From: Ophelia neglecta
Taxonomy: Eukaryota
Length of the DNA: 64,000 nt
Direction: 5' to 3'
Assembly: GCA_965285935.1 (NCBI GenBank)
Contig: OZ260666.1
Location: 24,304,001-24,368,000, forward strand
This document shows, piece after piece, positions 25,114-40,157 of this stretch (positions are counted from its first letter, which is position 1; every line of letters starts with the position of its first letter). The position numbers and the translations under genes were made by a program. The notes under the pieces were generated by a model. The model worked only from the letters and a program-made list of their open reading frames with translations. It searched no databases and was not told where the DNA came from.

Positions 25114-28100
25114 CGGATACCTGGCACACAAAGTACTAGAGTACGGATAATTTATTAAATAATGATTATTGTTTTTCATCATGATCATTGACGTATTGAT
25201 AGATATTTACCAAATATAATCGAGCTGAATAACATGTTTTATCAAATTATTATTATTTTCTTATTTGTTTTATGATTATTTTTGACGTGGGATTTTCGTA
25301 TCATAATATTAGAATTAGCGACGTATGTACAAGTTTGAGTATAATCCGTTTTTTTCTCTGACAGTTTTAGTTTTCTTTTTATTCACAAACATACGTTTGG
25401 AAATTAGAATGATATGCAGAAATTATTTGCAGGTAAATCAATTGAGAACACTTAAAATATGCCATCTTCAGCTAGTTGTATTGCTATTTGGCTTAGGAAC
25501 TAGTAACCCCTTTTGAGGAAATAACCCGACTTTTGTTATGTTCAACCTATTTGAAATTAAACTGTCGTACACCACGCATGATTTCCTATTGAGATTCTGC
25601 TTACCATATGCACTACCTGTAACTTAATGTGACATCCCTGACCTACCCGCTGACACATATATAATAGCATATTACAATAGCATGCGATCGACTGGCTAAT
25701 AATTGACCTGTTTTATCCATGTGGCACACCAGTAAGGGCGTTTTTACCTGAATCTGGAACACGCCAATGGAATAAAACGAAGCCCGACTGATAGCTATAG
25801 GGACGAGCAGGTGATATAGATTGAGGGCGACCATTAGCAATGTGGACGGAATTTTCCACTGCATAATTTTTTTGCAATTTAGGGGCATCACATGAACGGC
25901 AGCAGCGATTAAACCGGGTCGGAGGATAAAACTTCCTGTATGGATTGTGGAGATAATCAGCTTCCTACCAATTAAAATCCGCGTTTATTGTCAGGTATGT
26001 ATATCACAACTTACTCTATTTTACTTGAATAATAACGACTATAAGCGTCTTTACTACAATAAGTAGCAGTGATTTATTGAAACTGCCGTTTTCATACTCG
26101 CACACCTGGCTTCTGCGTTCAATAATTCAAATGAGGCCGGTCAGTTGTGAATGTAATGTGTTCGAAAGGGGACACATGCTTTTACCTGGGGATTCCGAGG
26201 ATTAGCAGGGGGGGGGGGGTGGTAGAGCCAGTCCTGTGCCCATGCCGTCTGCTCTGCTCGATGCATGTAGGGGAGTTACGATAGAGGGTATATGGTCTTT
26301 AGAAGGGAGAGGGGGGGGGGGGGGGTGTCTTGGGCGTCTTTTGAGGTGACCCGACCCCTGTATAAGCTACCAAATCAAAATCCGTGTTTCTATTTGCCGC
26401 AGTATTGGGCGTATTGGATTTATTGGCGTTATAACGTCATATCAGTACCACGTACCAGTATCCAAAACATTGGGATTTCATCTGTTCCACAATTCATTTA
26501 ATGTAAAATGTTGGAAGGCAGGATGTTGCTATCGCGTATACAGTAAGTATGCTTCTCTCGTAGCGCCGTAGTCTCTAAATTCGAACAGGTCTCTGCCATT
26601 AAATGGTGTAAACCCTTAACTTCCCCTCTATTAATCACTCACGATGTCCTTGACGGCTATGTACCGCCTTAGGTTTGATTATCAACTTCCTTAATTACTT
26701 ATGCGTTTGATTTATGTTTGGTCTCAATTAGTAGACGTCTCCTTTGAAAGTGACGGGACATTATCTTGGAGAATGTGGTTGACACTTGTGACAAATAGGC
26801 TCATTATAGCCATGCATCAGTGAACGGCACAGGTTTTTACCCTTACAATTAAGACCTGCATGGCTGTAGTAAATATAGTGCTGAACAGTTAGCAAGATGG
26901 GAATGCAACACATTGAAAGGCTCTGTTTCCATTTTTTCAGGGGGGGGGGGGGTTCCAATTTGCGATCTTGTTGGGTCATACAATAAAGCAACTCTTTGAT
27001 GGGGGAGTGTTATTTGTGCGGGTTGGATGACGGTGCGGGATGATAAAAGTAGGGAGAGGGGGGGGGGGGTATGTAAGCATAACCACACACCACTGTTTGG
27101 TTATAGGTTCACATAGTAGCTTAATTTCCATTGGAAAATGATAGGGAGATAATATTAATACAAAAAACGATCAAACAAGATAATGGATAATGTATGTTGG
27201 CCAAACATACACCGTTAAACATCTTTATTCATATAAAAATAGGGTAAGCAGTTATTTTTTAGGAGAAAGTTAAATTAAACTTCCATTTGTTATTAAGGGG
27301 GAATTGGTTGCCATAATACAAACTCAAACATTGTTATCCATAATATTGCTTGCAATCCTAGTCACACATACATGTATTGCATTAAAATTCTAACTTGATA
27401 TTCTGATCTGAAAACACCGAGTGTTATGCCAGAAATGAGGAAATGCAATTCATAGCCATTGGGGATAGAAGAAGACTGAAATTGGATAGGTGTTTAAATG
27501 TAGCTGGGGATTCTTGCAATACACCTGTGAACTTTTCTGTTGTTCTCTAATGCAAGCCTTTGTTTCGATTAGAATTGGACTGTTGCATGATAGTACAATA
27601 TCTCGCTTAGTTGCCGGCTAAGTCTTGTTGTTTGCAATTCACTTCAAAAGTCAACTCCCCTATCGGTTCGTAAGATAATTTCAAAGTAGTGCAAGAAACT
27701 CGTACAAAATCCCCTTCGTAGATCTGACAAATCATTTAACACCTACCCCCTTCTCTCTACACTATCCCTGTTTTATATATTTACCTTATCTTCACGTTGG
27801 TGATTATTTTGAACACATTGATTTCAATTATTTGTCAAATGTAAGGATCGCCACATGTTAGTGAGTGTATGTATAAATCGGTATGTGTTTGTGAATTTAT
27901 ATAAATTTGTGTATGTATGGTTCTTTATGTTTGTATGCACGTGAAGGAATTATGCGAGTATATGCCAGTGAATGCGCTTCTATTTACAATTAACACATTG
28001 CTTGTATCCTCATTTCTGTCATGCCGTATTTTCAACATAAATTGCTTTAGTTAAAGCACACTTTTATTAACAGCTTCGCTTTCAGTTCTCTTGGTTTATT

Positions 28101-29020
28101 CTATTTGAATTCTCCTTTGTACGGTTTTTATTTAGTACGTTTATGATGTTTACGAATGTACATTGTATATAATATAACACATGAATAAATTGAATTGATC
28201 TGAAATACATATTCTGGGTACTATTCATATTCCTAACAATGTGTCCTCTTATTTTGCTAACTAAAAACCTACTTTTGGACTGCCTAGATAACTTCTATAT
28301 TAAATGGTTCTAGGGGCACAGACCCAGCCTGCATAAATCTTCTCCCGCTGTTTGGAACAAGCGGATAGAATAATTCCCGACCTCGTTGCTATAGTTACCA
28401 GGTGATATCGATCGAGCCTGGATGAGCATGTTGAATGGAATATTCCAGTGGAAGTTTATTATCCTTTTGCAGTCACGACGGGGCAGGATTAGTTTCTTTT
28501 CGTCTAAATATGTTTTGCACAGGTCTACGTGAAACGAATTCCTGTCGATGGTATTAAAATATTTCCTCGTACAGTAAGTAGGTACTTCACAACTTACTCT
28601 ACTTTACATGTATAATCTTGACTGTAAGGGGTTTGACTACAAGGCATGACCTTTAAGTTGTAATGAATTTTAGGGAAAAAGCACCATATGCCTAATCGGT
28701 TATATGCGTATCAGTAATATACTGCCTATGTTAATGCGAAAAAAGTGTGGTAAACTAGATTTAATCAATATATTTCACAAATGTTAACACTTCCTATTAC
28801 CTAGAAAATATAGTTTGTGGCTTTTTTCAATGACTGCTTGTTTATTATCAAGTCTGCCATCTATATTGTGTTATGACATCATCAGAGGTGCGACTTATTT
28901 ATATAGTATTCGAGTCGCGAGTTGTCAAGTCTTTATGCCAAATGTTTACTTGTTTATTCCTTGATACTCTATCTTTTTTTATCTTTAGATTTAACCGATC
29001 AAAGTAGACTATTTAGCAGT

Positions 29021-32000
29021 ATGGAATTACTTACTAGTATGTGGAAGTTGTTGGTAGTCTCCTGTATTGTTGGCCAACTACTACAAGGGGAGATTGTTCA
29101 AGGAACATTGGATGTAACTAAAATGGAAGCTACACTGGATGATCTTACTAACTCCATTCTTGGACATTCCCACATGCAGGCTAGTGGCTATTGAATTCAA
29201 ATGTAACATTCCGTTTATGCCAAGTTCACTAGATGCTGAATATGAATCTATATGCATGAATTAAGGACAGCTAGCGTTTATTTGTGATTCTTTTTGTACT
29301 GAGTCGCAGATCAGGATTGCTCCGTTATCTATGCATTACTATTGCCAATAGCTGTTGTGTAACATACGCATGTTTACCACGATTCTGGTTCCCCCACCGA
29401 TTGTTTTTATTTAAATGTAGGGCGTTTTGTTAAATTTGTTGTGTAAATACGATATATATTTAGGAGTACCTGAATTCGAAAGAGATAAGGCTAAGAAGTG
29501 ATCCGATCGACGGTGGGGCGTTGTTGGTGAAGGTATAGAATATATATACTTACTTAGGTCACTTCATGGTCGTACGCCATGGTAAAAAAAACTTATATAT
29601 TCTTCTCTGAGTTCAATTTAGGACATACCGTTAGTTGGTTATAAAAAGCATCTGCCAGTATTGTTTCTGAAAATGAGTAAACTTTGCCATTTTAGCTGTC
29701 AGAAATGTTGAGGACTAATATAGAAAGGAACTCAAATCTTGTGACTAGGCTAAGAGACAACATTTTGTTAAATTACCAAAAATATACGTCAGTTCCGGAT
29801 TACCAGGAATGTTGTCGGCAGGACCTGTATAGCAAAGAATACGACAGCCGATTCAAGTCGATTGTAAGTAAGATCCAAACACACTCACAAGTAAGGCTAT
29901 TTTATTAACATAAGTAGAGGGAATGGCGGACGTGTAGTTTTTATCAAAATTGGTCGTTGGAGAGGGGTTGTTTGCTGAGTCGGTGGTAAGGTGGGAGCGA
30001 CAATTTTACTAATCGGGATAGGATGGGTCTTAAAATGGGCCAAATTGTGAAACAATTTCTGTCGCGTACCTAGTTTGTGGATAAAATTCAAAGTCTGGAT
30101 CAGACAATATGACAAAGCAGGGACTCTGATCGAGCGCAGCAATATTTGCATATATTTGAACCTTGATAGAGCTTGTGATTTGAAAGAGTTTAATCTGTAT
30201 CCCAAATAGTAAAATACCCTTATAAAACATAAGATTGTAGGTCCATTTTATAATCAATATTTGTCCTAATCTCAAAAAAAGTGTTAATTCACAAATCATA
30301 CACTAACTTGCTTATTCCATGTTATTTATTGTTTTGAATGTCTTGTTTTTTCTGTTTGAAGGTAGATCGAAACGCCATGTGTTACCGTGCTTCCATGTAT
30401 AAAGCGAATTATGCACGATATGCAGACTCAACCTTACTGTCCGAATTTCAGGAAAACCACGCTAAACACTCAGGTCAAAGTCACAATCATATTGTTGTAA
30501 TATTTCAAATATGATGTAATATGGTTTTTCTCCGACCTCCGACAACTGATAAAATGAATTGCTGGTTTTTTTTCTAAGTTACTTCTGTTGTCACACATTA
30601 TATCGTGTTGGCTACTTAATGAACAGAGATTAACCAGTAATCATTATACCATGCAACGACCGGACATTGGAACTTTGTTTGCATAGTGTTGTTTTACTCC
30701 GCATCCAGTTACGAAATCAGCAGAAATGGTCTGATGAAAATTGCTGTCTGGAGCATGAAAATGCTTAACATTTATATTCTCCGTTAGGTCTGAAATGGCA
30801 GTATTTTGGAACTGAGACGGGGCTTTTATTTCTTTACCCAGCCACGAAAGCCATCAGCTGCACCCAATACGATCCAAGGTTTCGGCAAGTATAATATTTA
30901 TTTCCATCTTAGTGAGTGAGTGAATCTTTAATAAATCTACAAAATTGAATAAATAATATCCAATAGAAGAGAAGTGTACCATTCTTTACCAGTATTTACC
31001 AGCTTCTGTAATGTAAGTTGGCAATGTAAGATAATGTAAGATAATGTATGACACTGGGTTATATACGATACTGGCAAAAGTATGATGAGGTTGAAGCAAA
31101 GCACGGGGCTAAGGAACGACACGGAGCTAAAGTACGACACTGGTATAAAGTACGACTGGGCTAAAGTACGTCACTGGGCAGAAGACGATATTTGGTTAAA
31201 GTTAACAAATAAATCCGTGGCCAAGTTGGGAAAAAGTGTGTATGGCTAGGCCCTCTTATGAATATGAGACACCAGGCAAAATAACCTCCGTACGAGAGAT
31301 CTAATGTAAAAACGTATTTCATTTCAAAGAGGAAATGTGTCGTATATATATTTTCGGTGAAGCCTTATAATAATCTTTATCCTGATGTCAAGTAGATGGG
31401 AACAGTGGCCCTTCAACACGGAACATTACATTTGGAACTTTTAATTCCGATGCGGATTGTATGTATTTAAATAGGTGCCTATAGATCAATGAATGCAATA
31501 TTGTTTAAAGCTGTAATTAGTTTGATATGATTTAATTATAGACCTTGGTATGTAGAGACTGCTAGTCCTATTCCCAAAGATGTCGTCATTGTAATCGATA
31601 CATCTGGGTCTATGAGAGAAAAGAATCCAAATGGTCTCATCCTGCTAGATATCGCCAAAGACGCTGCAAAAACAGTCCTTGGAACTTTTAACCCAAAGGA
31701 TAGGGTAAGGATACATGTTGACTGTGTTTGCTTCTAGCTGAGGAGAGCAGAAATTTATGCATATTTTCCATATCACTGATCCGCCAGCAAAAGTCAAATA
31801 TTATTTGCAGCGAAAACATGTTTAGGAACATTTAAATTATTTTAAAGAGTTTGGTAATGTTAACTGTTTACGCACTTTATCGCTTAAACAAAACAAACTT
31901 TCGCTAGTTGAAACTCAAAACATTACTTTTGGACTGTCCAAAGTGGCCAGAAAGTTTGAATGATAAAGTGCAAAGGCAATAAAATAGTTCATTCATGGTA

Positions 32001-35000
32001 CGAATTGTATTTTTATATAAAACACATAATTTATTTTTCTAACATAATTTCACTACCCCCCCCCCCCCTTTAGGTGAACGTGGTGTCATTTTCTGACTAC
32101 GCTCACACGCCATCAGGAGCGACTATTCCGGAGTGCTTCAGAACAAAGTTGACTGTAGCCTCTCCGGCCAACATAAGGAGTTTGTCGAAGTACGTGGACA
32201 GTTTCACGGTAAGAACGCATGAAGAATTGCCAGTTTACAACATTTCATCGTACTTCATTATTTGACAAACTACATATCATTCGCGCATTGTGTCCAGGAA
32301 GAAAGCCGAAAAAACTTTATTATTAACAATTGCCATCCAGTCAGGTGGAGGCACCAGGTACGGTCGAGCTATCATAAAGGCTTTCGAGCTTTTGGTTCAA
32401 GCAGGTGGGGAAGGCGAATCACGAGGTAATAATTCAGCGTTCAATATATTCATTTAGAAAGACAGAGCATGTGTTGGGATTGATGAAATAAGCCTGAGAT
32501 TGGTTGGGTATCTGCGCCTAGCAAGAGAGGGCTTGGCGGTCGTATAAGCAAAGTAAAAAGCATAACCTTTAATGTTCTTTAATGTAACAGTAACTTTACT
32601 GCACTATAATATATTATTAACTAATAGATATAGCATTAAGAAAGCCGCTCTGGTTGGTTCATCTGGAACATTTAAATAATAAAAAAGAAGATTTAAAATG
32701 TGATTGATCTTCATTAAACTAATTATTGTTTATAAAAGATAGAGCCATTCTATTCCTGACGGACGGGGATCCAAACGATGATAAGGTTTCAATTTTGAAA
32801 ACAATCTCTGAGAGGAATTCCCACAATAATAGCGTTGTACTATTCACTTTTGGAATAGGTACGTGTATTGCTCGTGTAGTATATATAAAACAATACCCAT
32901 TTGACTTTTGTCTATTTATTATATGGGCTTTCATGAACTTGATTAAGCAGTTAGTTAGTTTATTTGTTTGTTTGTTGGCTCGAATTTTGCGGTAAACAAT
33001 AGTTTATTTAGATATACTATCCTCAGTCAGTTGTACGTTTGTAACTTTATTTCTTATGTTGATTTCTCTTCGTAATCATTGTTTGTTTTCCAGGTAATGT
33101 TGGAAGCATTGGACAGGATGTCCTTCGCGATATGACAGACGCACCTTTTCCATATGCTAGGGTCAGTTAATTATTCTCAATATTAATAAAAGAAACCCCC
33201 GCACGTTCCAATTGCGACCAAATGTAATTATCTTTCTTAGGTGTTCAAGCAATTTATGACATTAAGCACTAAACATTTCATTTATATGTCTTGAAAGTGG
33301 TGCTCAACACACATGTCACACACCTTTTTTTCCGTGATTAGCCTGGACGATACTTAGAAATAAGAAATTCTGATCGCCTGAGACAAGACATGGCTTCGTA
33401 CTATGATTACTTCAGTAAACCAGTGGATTCTCCTTTAATCTCTAGCCCCTATGTTGATGCATTCGGATTAGGTAAGTTTGTATATATAAAGTGAATCTTA
33501 ATACCAATTCAAAGTAAAATGATAGCTTTCATATTATTTATTTTTATTATCACTTATATTACTCAAAAAACAACATTCTTTTAAATTTAAATGCAATAAA
33601 AATCCACCAATACGTGGTCTTGGTAGCTTATTATAGCCCTGTTACTTTGTTAAACCCGTAAATTAGGACTCGGCACTTAGGAATTTGGTCTCAATACGGT
33701 TACCGAGTTATCTAAGCAGGGATTTTTTTCCACGATTTTCTACTGCTGCAGCATCTTTTAGTGGACACTTAATAACTATGCCAATGATTATTCCTTCTTC
33801 GCTCACTAAATCTGATAAGGTGTGGTCTAATATCTATTAATTTGAAGTGAGTGTCTCGTTCGACCTTTTTAAAGCCTTTATAACCATAAGTTCAATGAAT
33901 AGTGGAAATATACTATTATAAGTTCATTTGTTATAGCATTTGCAGAAGTTTAACAACGCATGTAAGTGTTTATAAATAAAAATTTCGTGTATTTATGCTT
34001 GTTTGCAATCACTTCGATTATTGCAATATCTGTAGCGAAAGATTGCTGTTGTCTTTAAAGGTTTGGTAGTGACTGTGTCTCTTCCTGTGACGTACCATGA
34101 TCAGTTTATAGGGATCGTCGGCACGGACGTTACTATGGCCGATCTATTGGCTCCGGTGAACTTTCTTCAAGACGGGGTTAGCATTCATTTCATCGATTTA
34201 TTACAATGGCTCTCGCCTTTTAAAGACCCGGGAGTGCTAAGCCGGCAGACAAAACTAATATGAACTATGAATAATCTACTTAATTGATCCCAGATCATCA
34301 GGAAGCAACCTGGTAAAAAAAAAACCAGCGGCCCAACAGTAAATAAGTCTGTAAAGAAAATGAAAACAATAAATTTGATGTGACCATATTTTTGTTATTT
34401 CATATACTTGTTTACTTCAAATGCTTACACCTTTAATTAATCTTCTTGTTGGTATTCTGGTAAAGCGTTTCAATGAATCTTTATATACTTATTCAGACCG
34501 GAAGTGGTGTCCTATCTTATGCTTACGTCATTGATAATGACGGTCTGACCCTCTCACATCCATTACTACCACAAGCACACGCCGTTACAGATGCTACACT
34601 GGCGTTGCATATAAAGGAGCTTGAACTTCACCCGAAGAAAAGATCGATTATGGACCAAATATTAACGTCTGTTATTTAAGGGCACAATACGCCATTTGTT
34701 ATTTCCACCATCCTGGTCCTATTACTTCTTCATACTGCGATAATATGATGATTCGTGTATTGTGTTTTTGGCGTCATTTTTCAAATATTTTCCTCAAGCC
34801 GTGTAATATAATTTTATATTCAATAACAGTTATCATACATTAAAATCAGTTAATATTCATATTCAACGACAGTCCGTCTTTCTACTAATAAAACCTTTGA
34901 TTTTGTTGCAGAACAAATAATGGTACAATCACCACGTACGTTCCACATTTGATATCTAAAGGAGAGTTATTCAGGGGGGTCAAATTGGTGGATCATTACA

Positions 35001-38000
35001 CCAGTTACCACTGGACCTTGGTAAAATAGAACAGTTCTACCAAACACGTTTAATAAGAATGTTTCATTTACTTAAGCCACTGTTTTATATATTTTAGGAG
35101 ATGCATAGTATAAGGATTCAAAAAAGTATTTTGTAAATTTGTTTGCAGGTGCAAACGACAAAGTTAAAAGTTTGTGTTGTTCTAGCACAAGGAGAAGCTA
35201 CATTTAGGTTATTTGAGGGTGACACTTTAGTAGGAATGCCTTTCACATATCACCAATTCAACCTCACGGGTTTGGAAGCAAATCAAACCTGCAGGCATTT
35301 CAAAAGGCAAGCGTTGAAAGGCAAGTATTGTAAATTGATTGTGAGAGAGACAAATAGAAGGGGTGATTAATTCAGTCACGCTTTGTCAATATTTGTCAAA
35401 ACTATAATCATTCTTTGCAAATTGCTTTATTCGTCGCCTGTAGCAGTAAAAATGTACTCTCAATAAGAGTTTATTCCGTTTGTTTCACTACTTTTCAATA
35501 TAGACCGATCTGTGGTCAAATTCGCTGCTAGAGCCTTTCAGAATCCGTTTGAGTACCTTGACACCGTGGAGACCTACAAAGACGTTCGAAATTATGATGA
35601 TATCATAAAATATGGCGCATCACATAAACTATTTCAGGTATTTAGTTTAAAACTTTAAACTGTTGAATAGAGCTAAACAGACTATTCGAAGTGTTTCAGA
35701 ATTGCCTTTCTTAAAAACTAAGTAAATTTGAATATGTAATAACTGTTTTGCTAGATATGCTATTTTACAGTGAATGCTCTAAAATGGATATGCCAGCGGC
35801 TCAGTGCCATACTTCGGAGTGTGCGTGTTTACCTATTAATAGCTGTTAGAAAATTTAAGTTCTACGCCAAGTTTACACTGAATAAGTGTGCTACTGCGTG
35901 TCATAATTCTTGTAGATCTTTATGACTAGTAAAATAGTATTATGTTGGCATGAGGGTCCCTACCCATCATTAACCAGTTTGTCAAGTAGATCAAGTAAGG
36001 AACATTTTTGCGTAATTAATCTATGTTTAATAACAGTTTCGGGATCGACATATACAATGGCCTAATATATTTTGAAATAGAAGGAAAAATTATCGACCCC
36101 GTTTGTGATATGTAGAATCGATACAAAAGAAACTAACATCCTTGAAATATTGGTCCTGTATTTTAGTGTATGCGAATTACAAAGATATGTTTATATAACG
36201 TATCCTTACAGTCAACTGATGAAATTTGTAGGATGTGATGGGAAACCGAGTTCGCGACGTGTAGCAAAATAAATAATTTTATGCTAGTTATAACATAACA
36301 TGGGTCATGATGTAAGTTGCCTAAACACTACAAAAAATTCCTCGCTTATATGTAGGACATTTCTCTACATTAGCAGACACACATCAACAACGGTCCGCAT
36401 TGTGACAATCCAATGAATAAAATGCGATTTTGTTTTGAGCCATTGGTTAGCTAGGAACAATTATGACAACAAACGCCTGGGCATGTTGGTTTCAAATTTT
36501 TACCCATTTGGTTTCCTTATAATTTCTAGCCATCCTCCAAATAGCCAAAGCACCTAAACCGTGTTCTATTTTTCCGGCTCTTGTCAAAATTGAATACTGC
36601 TCAGATTTTCTGTGCCGTCTTGCTGGACCTTGTACTGTACAAAGGATCACATTTTGTACAAAGGATCACATTTTGTACATATATATTTTACGCCCTAACA
36701 TTTAATCTCCGCTCATTGACAGGACGGGGTATTGGAAGCTTTGAAGTGGACCTCAAAGGTTCACGATATCTGGTTTGATAGCCTAGCGGACGTTAGCCAC
36801 GTGGTTTGGAGATATATTGCAACACCACAGGGGGTAATTCGAATTTACCCTGGCGTTACCTTAAACAAGAACTATGATCATACTCGCAGAAGCTGGTAAG
36901 AAAAAGATTTTTTTTTTTTTGCCTTAAAGACTTTTTCAGCGACATTCTCTTATGGGCAGATGGCATCAATGGGGGAAAAGACACCTTTCCAGGAATAACA
37001 TTTACCATATATACACAACAGTTTTAAGTAATGTTAACTCTGATAAGTCCTCTGAAACTGCAGAGACCCGCTGTGTCTCTTTAAAATAATAAGTCTTTAC
37101 ATTGCTAAAAAAATCTATAATATAGGTATCGCAGGACGGTAGCTTACCCCGAGAAGACAGTGATTTCTGCACCATATCTGGATGCATTCGGAGCAGGTTA
37201 CGTCGTCACTATCAGTAAAGTTCTGACATTTCCCGGGTAACTGTTTATCAGAATGTGTTTTATTCAGAGTCCACATTAAATAATAAAACTTACATTTTGT
37301 GCCATGACTCAAACGTTACCATTATATTTATATGGAACATTGATGTGAAATTAACTTTTCTTTATCGTGAAAGGCAGAGCGATGTGCCTGTTGGAACCTT
37401 TTTAAGTAACATACGAAAACGTCCAAAAGGAGACTTAATAAGCCTACAGTTTAATGCTTCAGAGCGAGCGACCCCTATGTGAGAATCGCCGGAGTAATCG
37501 CTATGGACGTCACTATCGGTTTTATGCACCGACAGGTCATGAAATCCTTCTCTAAATGCCAAGAGCAGTCACACCGGTGAGTAATAAGGGAATCTGTTCA
37601 TTGACCATATCCTTCAAATGCGTTTTTACTTAAAGCGGATATAACTTTTCCGACCATAAATAATACATAGTTATGTTATAGAAGGAAACCGAAAGGTCTT
37701 GATTATAACATAGGTACCAGCAAAACGTTAGTTTAGTTTTGAAGAAATACAAATATAACGTCCACATAAGACTTAATTTGATAATAATTGGAGAATACTG
37801 GATACTAGGCTTTGTGTAAACGGCGAAATAGAAAGCTATGGCGAAAGCATCATTGGTAGGAAAATAATCTACAAAATCAATCATTTTATAACTCAACCAC
37901 AATCTACTCAACCCTATTTTATACTGGGTATAAATGTGGTTGGGTAGCTTTAGCATGTTCTTTTTAAACTATTCTAAGAGAAGTTGTATCTTTCATCTTA

Positions 38001-40157
38001 TCTGTCGCTTACGCCGTCTACACAAAACCAGGTTACTGTCATTTGTACCTTCCAGATGCTTTTTAGTAGACAGCGATGGGTATCTGGTAATGCATCGTGA
38101 CTTTGTCACCCCAGAGGGACAGATGAGCTTTGATGTAGAAAATGTTCACATAACTCAAAAAGTACATGTATCCTTTATATATTCGGCTTGTTGTTATTCG
38201 AAGTAAGTTCAAAGCACCGGCTAGTTTAAACTCATTGGAATCTATATTTAGCCAAATTGGATTATTACATTTTTTTCAGGAACATCAACTGGCCCGAATC
38301 CTCGTCGATCGAGGGATTATGGGCACTCTTTCTTGTAACCAGTATTCATCCTTACACATACAAGTATATTATGAGGTAAGTGACAGATCAACACCAGGAA
38401 ATGCACCTTGTTGCTTTTATTCAATACGTTTATATAATAGTGATTTCAGGTAAACGATTTCTTTCTCTCGTACTATTGCCTTATATCAAACACTTGGAAA
38501 CATGTGGGATTTGACAGCAAATGGAAATAAGCATTTCAACGGTGGCCCATCTCATCACTATTTAAATCTCAGGTTTAAAAATGTCAATAAATGACCGTAA
38601 GTTACAAAGTTTTGTAGAGCGAACTGTGGTACTCTTTCTTTAGGTCAATACGCATGGAAGCATTTTGAGCTCTGACAAGAGTAATCAGGCAGAATTATAC
38701 CCAGTTAGAAGAACTAACCTTTACCTAGGCACCAATCAAGGCACAAAGACCTCCCAATCATGTGTCTGCGTCGGAATGGTACTTATCATTATTAAAATAT
38801 ATTGTGGGTCGTCATTAAGTGACGCTATTGGCATAGACTGTTGTGTTTTTGCACTCAATAATATGCCGGATGGTTATACTATTGTCACTTGCTTTAATCT
38901 TGCAATGACTAAAAGCATATTTAGCATTTTCATAGTAACCACTTACACTTATTATCGTTTATGACGTAGTTTATATGTTCTGTCATCACCATTTCTTTGC
39001 TATTAAAATGATTTTTTTTCTCGTGTGAATACTTGGTGCATTTAAATGGACGAGTGTTCGTAATATAAGCCGCTTATACACCAGGCCTTTCCTCCAGACA
39101 TCTAGGTTACCATTGGAGTGCCCCACTGGCTCTGCCATTTCATGTCCATGTCCGTGCTACGAAGAAACCAAGGATTACCATTACTGTAACGACACCTTCA
39201 GGGAAAAGTAAGTTAACAAACGCGCTTAACGCTTTGATAGACAAGTGAAAATTGTCATCTTTAATGTTCTATGGATTATCAACAAAAATCTGAACTTATA
39301 TTTTATTAGCGACCTGAATCTGTGTATCCCTAAAGAGGCTCCGATTGACATGTATCCCCAACTGAGGCGGGAATCGAGACAGATTGACAAACTTGAAATG
39401 TGCTTTGATCCACATTGTAGACAGAAAACCACTTTTCAGTAAGATGTGTTCCTTAACGGTTTTTAACATGAGATGGGGGTAAAGTAGTTTTAATGCAAAA
39501 CATATTATTATGTGTTCATAAATTTAGCAAAGAGTACACGTATGAAAAATAAAAGACTAGTGGATTATCACTTCATTGATAAAAGTGGAATAATCAACAT
39601 TGTGTCACACATTAAACCTGTATTTGGAATCTGGTGAATAATTTGACAGGGCGTGCTACCCCCTCCCTGGGTGTGCATGGTGTCAACCGTCCTCGCAAGG
39701 AGCTGCTGCGTGTTATTATCAGGAGCATTGTTCCGAAGCCACTAACCAGACACGATCGTCTAACGAGGCCCTAACTATAGGACTGTCAATAGGCCTATCC
39801 GTGCTGCTTGTAGTAATCGTTGTAGTAGCCGTGAAGCTGTACTATCACAAATCAGAATCTCAAATACCCAGACCAGGTGTCCAGAATGGATCTCAAATAC
39901 CCAGACCAGGGGTCCAGAATGAATCTCAAATACCCAGGCCAGGGGTCCAGAATGAATCTCAAATACCCAGGCCAGGGGTCCAGAATGAATCTCAAATACC
40001 CAGGCCAGGGGTCCAGAATGCCGCGTTTGATCCGGACTCACATCACGCAGAACGACCAGACGCATATAATCCGAACTATATTGACAACTCACGTGGAAAC
40101 CCATTCGAACCGCCTCCCTCATATCCTTCAGTGGTTAACACCTCCAAGCCTATGTAA
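29021..40157 (+). CDS. CACHD1: VWA and Cache domain-containing protein (CACHD1-like), copy 2; 25 coding exons, ~1162 aa
   Basis: Same exon structure as copy 1: 29021-29179, 29464-29532, 29696-29863, 30362-30473, 30788-30884, 31542-31704, 32074-32208, 32341-32425, 32739-32858, 33094-33161, 33342-33471, 34061-34176, 34497-34666, 34912-35020, 35149-35320, 35504-35637, 36723-36895, 37126-37236, 37463-37576, 38056-38161, 38280-38375, 38644-38778, 39098-39207, 39310-39438, 39650-40157. No stop or frameshift noticed; the last exon is 66 nt shorter (two fewer repeat units). Confidence 0.9.
39855..40019 (+). repeat. Coding 33-bp VNTR (SQIPRPGVQN[G/E]) x5
   Basis: Same unit as in copy 1, five copies. 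Confidence 0.95.

Noticed and set aside
22203-25129. Dozens of overlapping minus-strand ORFs (MFLSLSTPVMSTAG...) as a repetitive protein
   Set aside because: They follow from a stop-poor 55-bp satellite: the unit is not a multiple of 3 and the frames shift constantly.
25643-25891. Minus-strand hydrophobic ORF as the first exon of a divergent gene
   Set aside because: No recognisable domain or downstream exons, so it cannot be supported.
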